From: Macrostomum lignano
Lineage: Eukaryota
DNA: 64,000 nucleotides
Assembly: GCA_002269645.1 (NCBI GenBank)
Contig: NIVC01001358.1
Coordinates: 1 to 64,000 of the forward strand
Direction of reading: 5' to 3'
Below, piece by piece: positions 23,371-46,420 of the stretch (its first letter is position 1; the number at the start of each line of letters is the position of its first letter). The notes under the pieces are model-generated. The model made no database searches and had not been told where the DNA came from. It was given only the letters and a program-made list of their open reading frames with translations. The position numbers and the translations under genes were made by a program.

Positions 23371-25216
23371 ATTGGCTGAAAGTGAGCAAGTTAAAAGAAA
23401 GTTTACAATTATTAATTAAACTTAAAGCTTTCAGAAAAACAGGCAAAAAAGTAGAGAAGGAGGCGAAATTAGATAAAAGTGTGTCTACTTTCTGGAAGAA
23501 AGTAAGCAAATAATCATTCGTATTGTGTTCGATTTCTAAAAACTGTGCTTGACAAAGAACTATGCCTTGCTGAGACAAAAATAGAAGGTAAACTATGCAA
23601 ATATAGCAGCATGTGATATGCATGTTATGAAAAGAGTGCTAAGCCTATTTTCTATGATAAAAATGATGCATTTATATCCACGCCAGCATTAGACGTAGGA
23701 GCGAAGAAAAAGGTAAATGTAAGTTAAAAAAAAGGTAAATAAAAATGAATAGATTAAACTCAAAACACATTTAATAATTGCTTACCTAGTATGTTTTATA
23801 AAAAAATTATAGACTTCAAAAATGCGAATTAAAACACTATAAAGCAAAGAAACAGTATATAAGCTTCACTAGGCCTAACTTAATTCTACACAAAAATAAA
23901 TTGAAACTTCCGACATTTGATAAAATATATAAAATATATATATTTCTCACTAGAAAACTAAATCTTGTAACGTTGCGCAATATTACTTTTTTTAAATCTG
24001 CTTTTACACATACCTATAGTGCAAAGAACTCTTAGAAACAAATATTTTATTTTCTACTTTGTGTTAAACCTAATTGACAAATGCTTTGCGCAAATTTTGT
24101 TTAACTTTTTAATTAAATTTAAAAAAGGTATTAAACTGATTTTTTTATTTATTAAAAATTCCGAATGATGATCTGCGCGGTCGCAGGCCGCGTAGTAGTA
24201 GTATAATTAATAAATCTAAATATACTAAATCTCTAAGGTTTGTATGCTTGCTTGAATGTCCATAACGCTCTAGTAATTACTAAAAATAGTAAGAAATAAA
24301 AAGAAACAAAAGTCCTAAAAATAAAAAACTAGAGGTTATGTCACAATAATGAAGACAAAAGTTTGTAGAATAAGATCCTTATATTCACTTTCATTTCACG
24401 ATGCCTATAATTTGAGATGGTCATTAAGGGTATCATATTACAAAAGTAAAGACAAAAATTTTGACAACAAGTTGAGCAAAACTCTTTCAATTTTCTATCT
24501 GGACACTGTCCTAATTAATGTCAGAGATGGTCATCAGAATAAACAGGCAAAGTTGTTAGAGGGTACTGCAGTTGTTGTTCCTGGAAGAAAGCAGTGAAGA
24601 TATTGGTTTGAAATTTAATAGTAATTGAACTATGCACTAGCACATGAAACCCCAAGTTGGCACCCCTCATATTCATTTTACAGTACATTGTTAACAATTT
24701 GTCCACTTAGGGTATTGTAAACAAAAGTGAATATAAGGATTGCACTCTAGTAAGCTACAAGTATGATTTTTTTAATTGGCTATATCTGTTTCAATTTTTA
24801 TCCTATATCTATTGCCGTATTGGGTATCATATAACAAAATTGATGCAAGTAATCAATTAGGCTATAGGTATTGTATGACATAAGAATGCCAATATAAGGC
24901 TTACTCAGTACCCCCTTTTGGTTCTTAAGGGTCCCTTCACTTTCTTATTTATTTTAAGGTCCATTTCCTATTATCTAGTTATACCATTGCTTTAGCATAG
25001 AGCTATAGGCTACTTGATTTTTTCTGTATAACTTTAGTATTAAATCACCTTTAATAGTTATAACTGATTTATAAATTATACCATGCTTTTTATAGTCTAA
25101 AGCATAATAGAGTTGTTACTGTTTGCTAAAAGTTTAATTAAATTATTAGTAGTAATTCCAGTTCTTTTATATATTTAGATTAGCTAATATTGCTCATCTT
25201 TTTATTGAACTTTCAG

Positions 25217-26614
25217 GTATGATCAAGCCTAAAAACAGTTACAAGAAGCCATGAAGACAAAAGAGCCATTGGTTGTCAGTTCATCTGCATCTACAGTGTT
25301 GAAAGGACTTCATACAAAAAATCTTATTGGTCAGTTGGATTATGCCTAGTATGTATAATAAATTGAATCTAATTTTTTTGTAATTTGTGGTCTTTATATT
25401 TCCTTATACAGCCCATTGGCATGAGCTGCTGCACATTCGAGTGAAGCTGCAGTCTGTACTTGACATTGTCAATGTGCTCCCAGTTGGACATGTTGATGCT
25501 ATCGAGTCTCCAGAGCTGAAGGACCATGCTAGTAATGGTAAGTTTTCATATTATAAAAAACACTTTTCAACATCCGATTTCTACAGGCCTACTGTTAGTA
25601 GCTGAATTAGCCATTCATCACTAATTCAACGCAAGCTCTTTCTGACGCGCGCTCGCTCGCCTGTCTGTATGCGCAACGCGTTCTCGGCGCTCCGCTGGAC
25701 TCCACAGCCGCCGAAGAGGCCGCTTGGCCGTCCAGCCTGGAGGCTCAACTGGAGGAGCGGCAGCGAGCCCTGCTGGCCTGGCACGAGCCGGTGCTGGCCG
25801 ACTGGCACGAGCGGGCGTCCTTGGCCAGCGTAGGCGGCGGCGGCGGCATCAATAAGCTGGCTCAGCATCCTGTGCAGCGGCTTCAGGTGAGCGGAATCTG
25901 CTATGGCTTAAAAACAGCACCCAATGCTCTTGGTAGAACTCGATAACCACTATAATTAAATAAGACGGTGTACTTTGTTTCTATGAAATTTTTGATGGCT
26001 CACTTCCTTTCCTATGTGTACATATTTTAGAATAGGCTAGCGTATTAGCCGCCAGCTCTGCAAGTTAAGCAGAGTTGGCCGTGGTTAGTATTGATTGCTA
26101 TGTATCTCTCTGCTCCCTCCTCACCTGACAGGCCCTTCTGGCTGACCGCGAGCGCCTCATCGCCCGGTCCCGCCTCAACCGGTGCCACCTGCGGCCACTG
26201 CGGCTGCCAGGCAGCGACCTGCAGCAGCCCGCCAGCGAGCCCATGGACACCAGCGACCCGGATGTTGTCGGCGACCAGCCCGAAGCCAAGCTGTCCGATC
26301 CGCCTGAGTCCGATTCGCGGATCTACGACGACAGCGACCTGTACAAGCTGACTCTGCTGGACTTCGTGCACAGCCGCACTGCCGGCCTTACCGACCCGGC
26401 CGCTCTCGGCCAGGAGTTCGCCCGCCTGCAGCAGCTCCGCCGCCGGCTGCGCAAGCGGGCGAATGTCGACACTCGGGCGAGTAAAGCGCGCAGACTGCGC
26501 TACCTGGAGATGCCCCGACTGGTCGGCTTCGCCACCGCCTCCGAGCCGCCCGGACAGCTCACTGAAGGCCAGCGGCGCGAACTGTACGCCTCGCTGTTTG
26601 GCGGGCCCAAGTAG
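25217..26614 (+). CDS. AATF: AATF/Bfr2 (Che-1/Traube) homolog, 3' exons 25217-25329, 25412-25537, 25636-25886, 26132-26614; 5' exons unresolved; in-frame TAA at 25230-25232
   Basis: The spliced product KGLHTKNLIAHWHELLHIRVKLQ... VLADWHERASLAS... IYDDSDLYKLTLLDFV... VDTRASKARRLRY... ELYASLFG matches the AATF central and TRAUB motifs (KGxAVKNQIALWDxLLExRIKLQ; IFDDxDFY; VDxKASKGRKLR; ELYxSLFG). GT-AG sites and phases are consistent. Confidence 0.92.
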
Positions 26615-26639
26615 ACTCGAACTGTTGCTCCCCTTGTTC

Positions 26640-27497
26640 CCTCAGCTCCCCCTGATCCTTCAGCTCCCCCTGATCCTTCAGCTCCCCAATCCTTCAGCTC
26701 CACAATCCTTCAGCTCCCCTGATCCTTCAGCTCCCCCTGATCCTTCAGCTCCCCCTGATCCTTCAGCTCCCCCAGATCCTTCAACTCCCCCAGATCCTTC
26801 AGCTCCCCCAGATCCTTCAGCTCCCCCTGATCCTTCAGCTCCCCCTGATCCTTCAGCTCCCCCTGATCCTTCAGCTCCCCCTGATCCTTCAGCTCCCCAA
26901 TCCTTCAGCTCCCCCCATCCTTCAGCTCCCCAATCCTTCAGCTCCCCAATCCTTCAGCTCCCCCCCAATCCTTCAGCTCCCCAATCCTTCGGCTCCCCCC
27001 CAATCCTTCAGCTCCCCAATCCTTCAGCTCCCCAATCCTTCAGCTCCCCAATCCTTCAGCTCCCCAATCCTTCAGCTCCCCAGCCTTCCATCTCCTGATC
27101 CTTCAGCTCCCCCAACCTTCCATCTCCTGATCCTTCAGCTCCCCCAACCTTCCATCTCCTGATCCTTCAGCTCCCCCAACCTTCCATCTCCTGATCCTTC
27201 AGCTCCCCCAACCTTCCATCTCCTGATCCTTCAGCTCCCCCAACCTTCCATCTCCTGATCCTTCAGCTCCCCCAACCTTCCATCTCCTGATCCTTCAGCT
27301 CCCCCAACCTTCCATCTCCTGATCCTTCAGCTCCCCCAACCTTCCATCTCCTGATCCTTCAGCTCCCCCAACCTTCCATCTCCTGATCCTTCAGCTCCCC
27401 CAACCTTCCATCTCCTGATCCTTCAGCTCCCCCAACCTTCCATCTCCTGATCCTTCAGCTCCCCCAACCTTCCATCTCCTGATCCTTCAGCTCCCCT
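26640..27497 (+). repeat. Minisatellite: 18-bp (GATCCTTCAGCTCCCCCT) units grading into 32-bp (GATCCTTCAGCTCCCCCAACCTTCCATCTCCT) units
   Basis: Tandem units directly after the AATF stop codon. Confidence 0.95.
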
Positions 27498-27767
27498 GGT
27501 CCTCGCCAGTGTAAACTTGCTTCAGTGTAAAATTTTGCATGCAAAAAATAAACGAAGCGTTTTGCTTTGCTTTTTAACTGAGCATTTCTAGAAGCATTCG
27601 GCCCGCCGCTGTCTTAAAACTCGCAAAAAATTCCTTTTTTTCAGTTTACTTGAAGGTCCTTTCGAAAATGCCGCGATCAGATTTGAATATCGTTTAGATT
27701 TTTATTTAGATTAGGCACAGCTCAACCAAAGGTGCTGGGGTCATTAATACGAGCTGGGAAGAGAGCG

Positions 27768-28574
27768 GAAGTAGAGGGACGTGAAATGGAAGTAGATGGA
27801 AGTGAAATGGAAGTAGATGGACGTGAAATGGAAGTAGATGGACGTAAAGCGGAAGTAGATGGAAGTGAAGCGAAGTAGATGGAAGTGAAATGGAAGTAGA
27901 GGGACGTGAAATGGAAGTAGATGGACGTAAAGCGGAAGTAGATGGAAGTGAAGTGGAAGTAGAGGGACGTGAAATGGAAGTGAAGCGAAGTAGATGGAAG
28001 TGAAATGGAAGTAGAGGGACGTGAAATGGAAGTAGATGGACGTAAAGCGGAAGTAGATGGAAGTGAAGCGAAGTAGATGGAAGTGAAATGGAAGTAGAGG
28101 GACGTGAAATGGAAGTAGATGGACGTAAAGCGGAAGTAGATGGAAGTGAAGCGAAGTAGATGGAAGTGAAATGGAAGTAGAGGGACGTGAAATGGAAGTA
28201 GATGGACGTAAAGCGGAAGTAGATGGAAGTGAAGTGGAAGTAGAGGGACGTGAAATGGAAGTGAAGCGAAGTAGATGGAAGTGAAATGGAAGTAGAGGGA
28301 CGTGAAATGGAAGTAGATGGACGTAAAGCGGAAGTAGATGGAAGTGAAGTGGAAGAAGAAGGACGTGAAATGGAAGTAGATGGAAGTGAAGTGGAAGAAA
28401 AGGACGTGAAAGGGAAGTAGATGGAAGTGAAGTGGAAGAAAAGGACGTGAAATGGAAGTAGAGGGACGTGAAATGGAAGTAGATGGAAGTGAAATGGAAG
28501 TAGATGGAAGTGAAATGGAAGTAGATGGAATTGAAATGGAAGTAGATGGAAGTGAAATGGAAGTAGATGGAAGT
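27768..28574 (+). repeat. ~21-bp minisatellite (GAAGTGAAATGGAAGTAGATG variants), continuing at about 32320-32410 after the LTR element
   Basis: The same unit occurs on both sides of the retrotransposon. Confidence 0.95.
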
Positions 28575-28853
28575 TGTAAAGACTTCACTTTAGATTGTAG
28601 AACGATATAAGCTTGATACGAGGCAAGCCACTGCGATTTTTATTGTAAGTATTGAGCACGATACGTTTAGTGGATAAGGCTTAGGGGTGGAGAACAAAAG
28701 TAGCCAGATTGAAGAACGTACATGAGTAAGAGAGTACATCAAGATATTGTAGAAAGGCGCACAGAGCGAAACAGGTAAAAACACCACCCCCAAACACTGA
28801 ATAAAGTACAAGCTAACATCACTAACAAAAATCAACCCAGCCAAGTCACCACA
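28575..28853 (-). repeat. 3' LTR (279 bp)
   Basis: Preceded on the minus strand by the polypurine tract; no differences seen from 32041-32319. Confidence 0.95.
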
Positions 28854-28939
28854 CTCCTCCCCACGAAGATTAAGCGTTGGATTAAAACGGGAATAAAAGA
28901 CGCAAATCAGTTCACAGTCCATAGAAGAACAGTTCAGAG

Positions 28940-31900
28940 TCACTCGTAGCGCAGCCGGTCAGGTTCGGCTCTCGCCCTGGTCGAACGTCGAAGTAGCGCC
29001 TCAGAGCTCAACTCTGGTGCCTGGCCAGGCGTCTCTGCAGGAGCCTCTGGTTGATCGTCAGGCACCTCGACACATGGCGGTTGCTCGGCTTCGGAAGGCG
29101 CCGGAGGCTCCGGCGGCTTGCGCACTTGATCGATGTGCCGACGGACTTCTCGACCATCGTCGAACTGGCAAGAGAAAGACGCAGCCCCAGAGCAGTTGGT
29201 CACAACAGCAGGCTTCCACCTGCCGTCAGCAGCGAAGTCCCTCGCGACGACTGCGTCGCCCATCTCGATGCGGCGGTCATGGGCATGGGCGTCGTGTTGT
29301 TGCTTCTGCATTGCTTGTTGGAGCGCCACCCTGGCCTGTAGGTCAGGCCGAACTCGATCGAGCAGTGTGTGCAGCCGCCTCCCCATCAGCAATTTGCAAG
29401 GTGGCGCGCCGGTCGTCGCATGGGGCGTCACACGGTAGGTAAGCAGGAAGCGCGCCACTCGATCTTCTAGTGAGCCGTCTTTTTGCTTAGCGAGTGACTT
29501 CTTCAGGGTCTGGACAGCGCGCTCCGCTTGGCCATTTGACGCCGGGTGGTACGGGGCAGTTCGTACGTGCCGGATGCCGTTCCGCTGCAGAAAATCTGCC
29601 ATTTCATCGCTGACCAGGTTGCGCCCATTGTCCGTCACGATGATGTCCGGCAGCCCATGTGTAGCGAAGCTCTGCCGCAGCCGCTGGATGGTTGCCGTGG
29701 AAGTTGCTGACGCCAACACATGTACCTCCATCCACTTGGAATGGGCGTCGACAATCACCAGCAGCATTTTCCCTTCGATCGGACCCGCAAAATCCAGATG
29801 AAGGCGCGACCACGGCCTGTCAGGCCAGGCCCAGGGATGCAGCGGCGCAGGCCCCGGTGACTTCTGCAGCTCCTGGCAGTCCGAACAAGCGCCGGCGAGC
29901 TGCTCAATTGCCTCGTCCAGCTTTGGCCACCAGAAGAAGCTGCGGGCCAGCGCCTTCATTCTAGATGCGCCCTGGTGTCCTTGGTGCAAACAATGGAGAA
30001 GGGCTGTCCGGCCTGCCTCTGGAACGATGACTCGAGTTCCCCAGAGAAGGCAGCCGTCTTGAGTACTCAGCTGGTCGGCCCTGGATCTGTACGGCTGCAA
30101 CTCCGGCACGGTCCGCTCAGGCCAGTTGCCGACCTCCGTGAAGCGCAGTGCCTTTGACAGGATCGGGTCAGTTCGGGTCCAGGCTCGAATGTCGCCGGCG
30201 GTCACTGGCCCTTCGCCCAGCATGTCCATGACCAGGACAACGTCCGCAGGTGTCGGGGCCTTCGTCGGTCTTTCCGGCAGTGGCAGTCGGCTCAGTGCGT
30301 CTGCACGCAGTAGTGATTTGCCAGATCGGTGTTCCATCGAGTAGCTGTAGCCCGCCAGGATGAGCGCCCACCTCTGAATCCTTCCGGACGCCATGGCGGG
30401 AATTGGCTTAGACTCATGCAGGAGTCCTAGCAACGGCTTGTGGTCGCTGACGAGGGTGAATTTCCGGCCGTAAAGGTAAGAGTGAAATCTTTTTACCCCG
30501 AAAACGATCGCCAGAGCTTCTTTGTCCAGTTGCGAGTACTTCGCCTCGGCATCGTGCAGGGAACGCGAAGCGAAAGCGATCGGTCGATCGCAACCGTCAA
30601 CCCGATGACTGATGACGGCGCCGATGCCGTACGGAGAGGCATCGCACTCCAGCACCAACGGCTTTGTGTCGTCGAAATGCGCGAGGACCGGCGCTTTGGC
30701 GAGCAGCGCCTTGCACTTCTTAAAGGCGGCATCCTGCGAAGCGCCCCAGCACCAGTTGGCGCCTTGGTTTAGCAAGCGGTGCAGCGGGGCCAACTCGGCT
30801 GACAGGTTCGGCAGGAACTTGCTGTAATAGTTGACCATTCCGAGGAAGCTGCGTAGCTGGGTCACGTCCTGCGGTGCCGGAGCGTCCACGATGGCACGCA
30901 CTTTGTCTTGCAGGGGATGCAGGCCAGCGGCATCGATCCGATGACCCAGATAGCAGACGCTGTCCTGCATGAAGTTACACTTGCTCAGGCCGCAGCGCAG
31001 TCCACTTTGGTGCAGCCGTTGCAGCACCTGTTCCAGCGATTGCAAATGGCTCTCGTCGTCAACCCCGGTGATAATCAGGTCATCGATGAAGCAGGCCACA
31101 TGGGGAATGGTCTGCAGCAGGCTGTCCATGTGGCGCTGGAAAATTCCAACGGCCGGAGCGACACCAAACGGGAGGCGGGTATAGCGAAGCAGGCCTTTGG
31201 AAGTGTTTATAGTGCAGATCTGCTGGGCAGCTTCATCGAGTGGCATCTGGGAGTAAGCCTGCGACAAGTCGAGCTTAGTGAACTTTTTCCCGCCTGCCAG
31301 CTTTGCAAAAAGTTCCTCGATTCGCGGCAAGGGGTACTTGTCCGGCTCCACGGCGAGGTTGACGGTCTGCTTAAAGTCGGCACAGATGCGCACGGTGCCG
31401 TCTGATTTCAGAACGGGAACAATCGGCGATGCATAATCTGAGCTGCTGACTGGCTTGAGCACGCCCTGCTCAATCTCCTTTTCGAGTTGAGCCTCCACCT
31501 TAGCCTTGAGCGCAAACGGAACGTTGCGAGCTTTGAAAAAGCGAGGCCGGGCATCAGGCTTCAAATGCAGTTGCACAGGTGGACCGTTGTACTGACCCAA
31601 TCCGGGCTCGAAAACAGCTGCATACTTTTCCAGCAAGGCTCGGATTCTGGGGTGCTCACCGTCTTTTTGCACCTGGTTGATGCTTCTCCAGTCAAGCGGC
31701 AAGCCGGCCAGCCAGTCCCGGCCGATCAGATTCGATCCGGAGCCCTTGACGACGAGTAGCGGTAGCTCCTTGGAGATCTCTCCGATACGCACGCAGACGT
31801 TGATTTTGCCGAGTAGAGGAACCGGCTCCCCTGAATACGTACGTAGCTGTGCGTTGGCCGGCTCCAGCTTGGGCAGCCCACGGAGCTCAGAGCGAAAAGT

Positions 31901-32023
31901 ATCCGATGAGATGAGCGAGACGGATGCACCAGTGTCAATCTCCATTCGAACAGGCGTCTCCTCGATGATGACAGTCGTCTCAATCGGGGGAATCTTGGTC
32001 CTCGGCTCAGCCATCACATGCAT
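28940..32023 (-). CDS. pol: Pol polyprotein, 1027 aa: aspartic protease, RT, RNase H, integrase
   Basis: MEIDTGASVS (PR); LDLSQAYSQ, RLPFG, CFIDD (RT); CDASPYGIGAV, DHKPL, ADALSR (RNase H); HQGH...C-x2-C, HLDFAGP, VTDNG, SNGQAER (IN). No stops. Confidence 0.97.
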   Translation of the reverse strand: MHVMAEPRTKIPPIETTVIIEETPVRMEIDTGASVSLISSDTFRSELRGLPKLEPANAQLRTYSGEPVPLLGKINVCVRIGEISKELPLLVVKGSGSNLIGRDWLAGLPLDWRSINQVQKDGEHPRIRALLEKYAAVFEPGLGQYNGPPVQLHLKPDARPRFFKARNVPFALKAKVEAQLEKEIEQGVLKPVSSSDYASPIVPVLKSDGTVRICADFKQTVNLAVEPDKYPLPRIEELFAKLAGGKKFTKLDLSQAYSQMPLDEAAQQICTINTSKGLLRYTRLPFGVAPAVGIFQRHMDSLLQTIPHVACFIDDLIITGVDDESHLQSLEQVLQRLHQSGLRCGLSKCNFMQDSVCYLGHRIDAAGLHPLQDKVRAIVDAPAPQDVTQLRSFLGMVNYYSKFLPNLSAELAPLHRLLNQGANWCWGASQDAAFKKCKALLAKAPVLAHFDDTKPLVLECDASPYGIGAVISHRVDGCDRPIAFASRSLHDAEAKYSQLDKEALAIVFGVKRFHSYLYGRKFTLVSDHKPLLGLLHESKPIPAMASGRIQRWALILAGYSYSMEHRSGKSLLRADALSRLPLPERPTKAPTPADVVLVMDMLGEGPVTAGDIRAWTRTDPILSKALRFTEVGNWPERTVPELQPYRSRADQLSTQDGCLLWGTRVIVPEAGRTALLHCLHQGHQGASRMKALARSFFWWPKLDEAIEQLAGACSDCQELQKSPGPAPLHPWAWPDRPWSRLHLDFAGPIEGKMLLVIVDAHSKWMEVHVLASATSTATIQRLRQSFATHGLPDIIVTDNGRNLVSDEMADFLQRNGIRHVRTAPYHPASNGQAERAVQTLKKSLAKQKDGSLEDRVARFLLTYRVTPHATTGAPPCKLLMGRRLHTLLDRVRPDLQARVALQQAMQKQQHDAHAHDRRIEMGDAVVARDFAADGRWKPAVVTNCSGAASFSCQFDDGREVRRHIDQVRKPPEPPAPSEAEQPPCVEVPDDQPEAPAETPGQAPELSSEALLRRSTRARAEPDRLRYE

Positions 32024-32039
32024 CCCATCCTCGTCGCCA
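32022..32039 (-). promoter_or_regulatory. Primer-binding site TGGCGACGAGGATGGGAT (tRNA-Ser(GCU) type)
   Basis: The plus strand ATCCCATCCTCGTCGCCA equals the recalled 3' 18 nt, including CCA, of metazoan tRNA-Ser(GCU). It lies 1 nt from the 5' LTR. Confidence 0.85.
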
Positions 32040-32040
32040 G

Positions 32041-32319
32041 TGTAAAGACTTCACTTTAGATTGTAGAACGATATAAGCTTGATACGAGGCAAGCCACTGC
32101 GATTTTTATTGTAAGTATTGAGCACGATACGTTTAGTGGATAAGGCTTAGGGGTGGAGAACAAAAGTAGCCAGATTGAAGAACGTACATGAGTAAGAGAG
32201 TACATCAAGATATTGTAGAAAGGCGCACAGAGCGAAACAGGTAAAAACACCACCCCCAAACACTGAATAAAGTACAAGCTAACATCACTAACAAAAATCA
32301 ACCCAGCCAAGTCACCACA
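32041..32319 (-). repeat. 5' LTR (279 bp)
   Basis: Same sequence as 28575-28853; followed on the minus strand by the PBS. Confidence 0.95.
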
Positions 32320-33409
32320 GAAGTGAAATGGAAGTAGATGGAAGTGAAATGGAAGTGAAATGGAAGTAGAGGGACGTGAAATGAAAGAAGAGGGAAGTGA
32401 AGCTGAAGTGAATGTAAAATAATGCGGAACTGTTAGAAAATAAAGGGGAAGAAGCAGTTATTAAACAGAAAGGAAGTCAGAGAAGGATTAAGTGAGAAAG
32501 GCGGAGAGTAACTATAAGAATGAATGAAGGTCAGCTTGGATTAAGAATGTGACTCAGAATAAAAAAGTTTCAAGTGAGGCAGCGAGATGCAGGTAGCAAT
32601 GAAAGGCTGCAGTTTAGACGCGGCGATTCGGGCGGCTGCAGCTCGTGATTGCAGCCTGGGAAGGCGGCCCCGTCTCGGCCTTATAATTAAGCGCGCGCCC
32701 CATGCCTGTCCCAGCAAGTGCAGGTTGCAGGTATTCATTATGCTGAGCGGCTGCAGTCCGATATGCAATATACAAAATGAGAGTGCGATGCGATCAGCCG
32801 GACCTTGGGCCAAGGTGAATTATGCATGAGCTGACCCGGTTGCGGCTGCAGAGGAGATCCTTCAGGACTTTTTTTAGACGCTTGAAACTCGCCTTCATGG
32901 CTGTCCTTCACTCCCATCCTACTGCTGGCTCTCTGCGGCTCTTTTATTCCATGGGAGCTGCAATTGGAATAAATCGATAATCTCTCCGTGTGCTGGGCGG
33001 CCGCTACTTTATAGTGAGCCTTTTTTAGTAGCGCCTCTCGCCTTCTCAAGTGATGAAGGATTCAGACAGGCAGTCTCCGAGCCTGATGAAGCTGTCCGGA
33101 TTTGCGGTTTCTGCTTGGGATTATTCGAGTCCCCAGAATTGGGGGAGCCAAGTGAAGCGAACTGTTTAGCTAATTTAGATGTGTTTCTGGTCAAAGCAAA
33201 TTTAATTTTGGAATTGGATTTGATTTCGAATTGGAATCTGCAGGGCTGTGGAGACAATTGCAAATGTGCAGCACAAAACATTGATTTGCTACTAAATAAT
33301 TCAGTCGTTTATCAACGTACGATTTTGCATATTGCATATCGTAGAATGGTCGTTGCATTGTTAAACAGTTTTTCTATAGGCCAAGTTGGTAGCCAAGCCG
33401 AAGTCTGAC

Positions 33410-33612
33410 GTTGCTATGCAACTATAGCTAGGTCAAGGTCGTATCCAAGGGGAGTGAGTGTGGCGTTGCTATGCAACTATAGCTAGGCCAAGGTCGTATC
33501 CAAGGGGATTGAGTGTGGCGTTGCTATGCAACTGTAGCTGTAGGTCAAGGTCGTATTTAAGACAAGTCTGACGTTGCTATGCAACTATAGTTACAAGTGA
33601 GTCAAGGTCGTT
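33410..33612 (+). repeat. Four ~55-bp repeats, each starting with the hairpin GTTGCTATGCAAC
   Basis: Copies start at 33410, 33465, 33520 and 33573. Confidence 0.85.
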
Positions 33613-33741
33613 CACAAGAGAAATCTGTCGTTTCTATGCCAATATAATAATTTCCATGTCAAAACACAAGTACACTGTAAGTACAGTATCCAAGGTAATT
33701 TTCTTGTTGCTATGGAAACTAGGTCAGTGTTGTAGAATGCA

Positions 33742-46420
<12,679 letters not shown>

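Larger units (their letters stand above)
28575..32319 (-). mobile_element. Ty3/Gypsy (Mag-clade-like) LTR retrotransposon, gag-less, very recent insertion
   Basis: 279-bp LTRs TGT...ACA at 28575-28853 and 32041-32319, TSD GAAGT on both sides, PBS at 32022-32039, PPT GGGGAGGAG next to the 3' LTR, and a pol ORF. Confidence 0.97.

Noticed and set aside
23435-24610. Candidate 5' AATF exons (about 23436-23500 KTGKKVEKEAKL, 23683-23710 SIRRRSEEK, 24500-24607)
   Set aside because: Splice-like signals exist, but the motif order conflicts with known AATF and I could not chain the phases.
27498-27515. CCTCGCCAGTGTAAA resembles the PBS/LTR junction at 32030-32046
   Set aside because: The match is too short and no LTR sequence follows; treated as chance.
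29017-32045. Many short overlapping and antisense ORFs within pol
   Set aside because: Shadow ORFs of a GC-rich coding sequence.
33075-33110. CTGATGAAG resembling a hammerhead core
   Set aside because: No downstream GAAA or supporting helices.
33410-33612. CRISPR-like repeat/spacer appearance
   Set aside because: Eukaryotic context, the tails are related to each other rather than unique spacers, and there are no cas genes.
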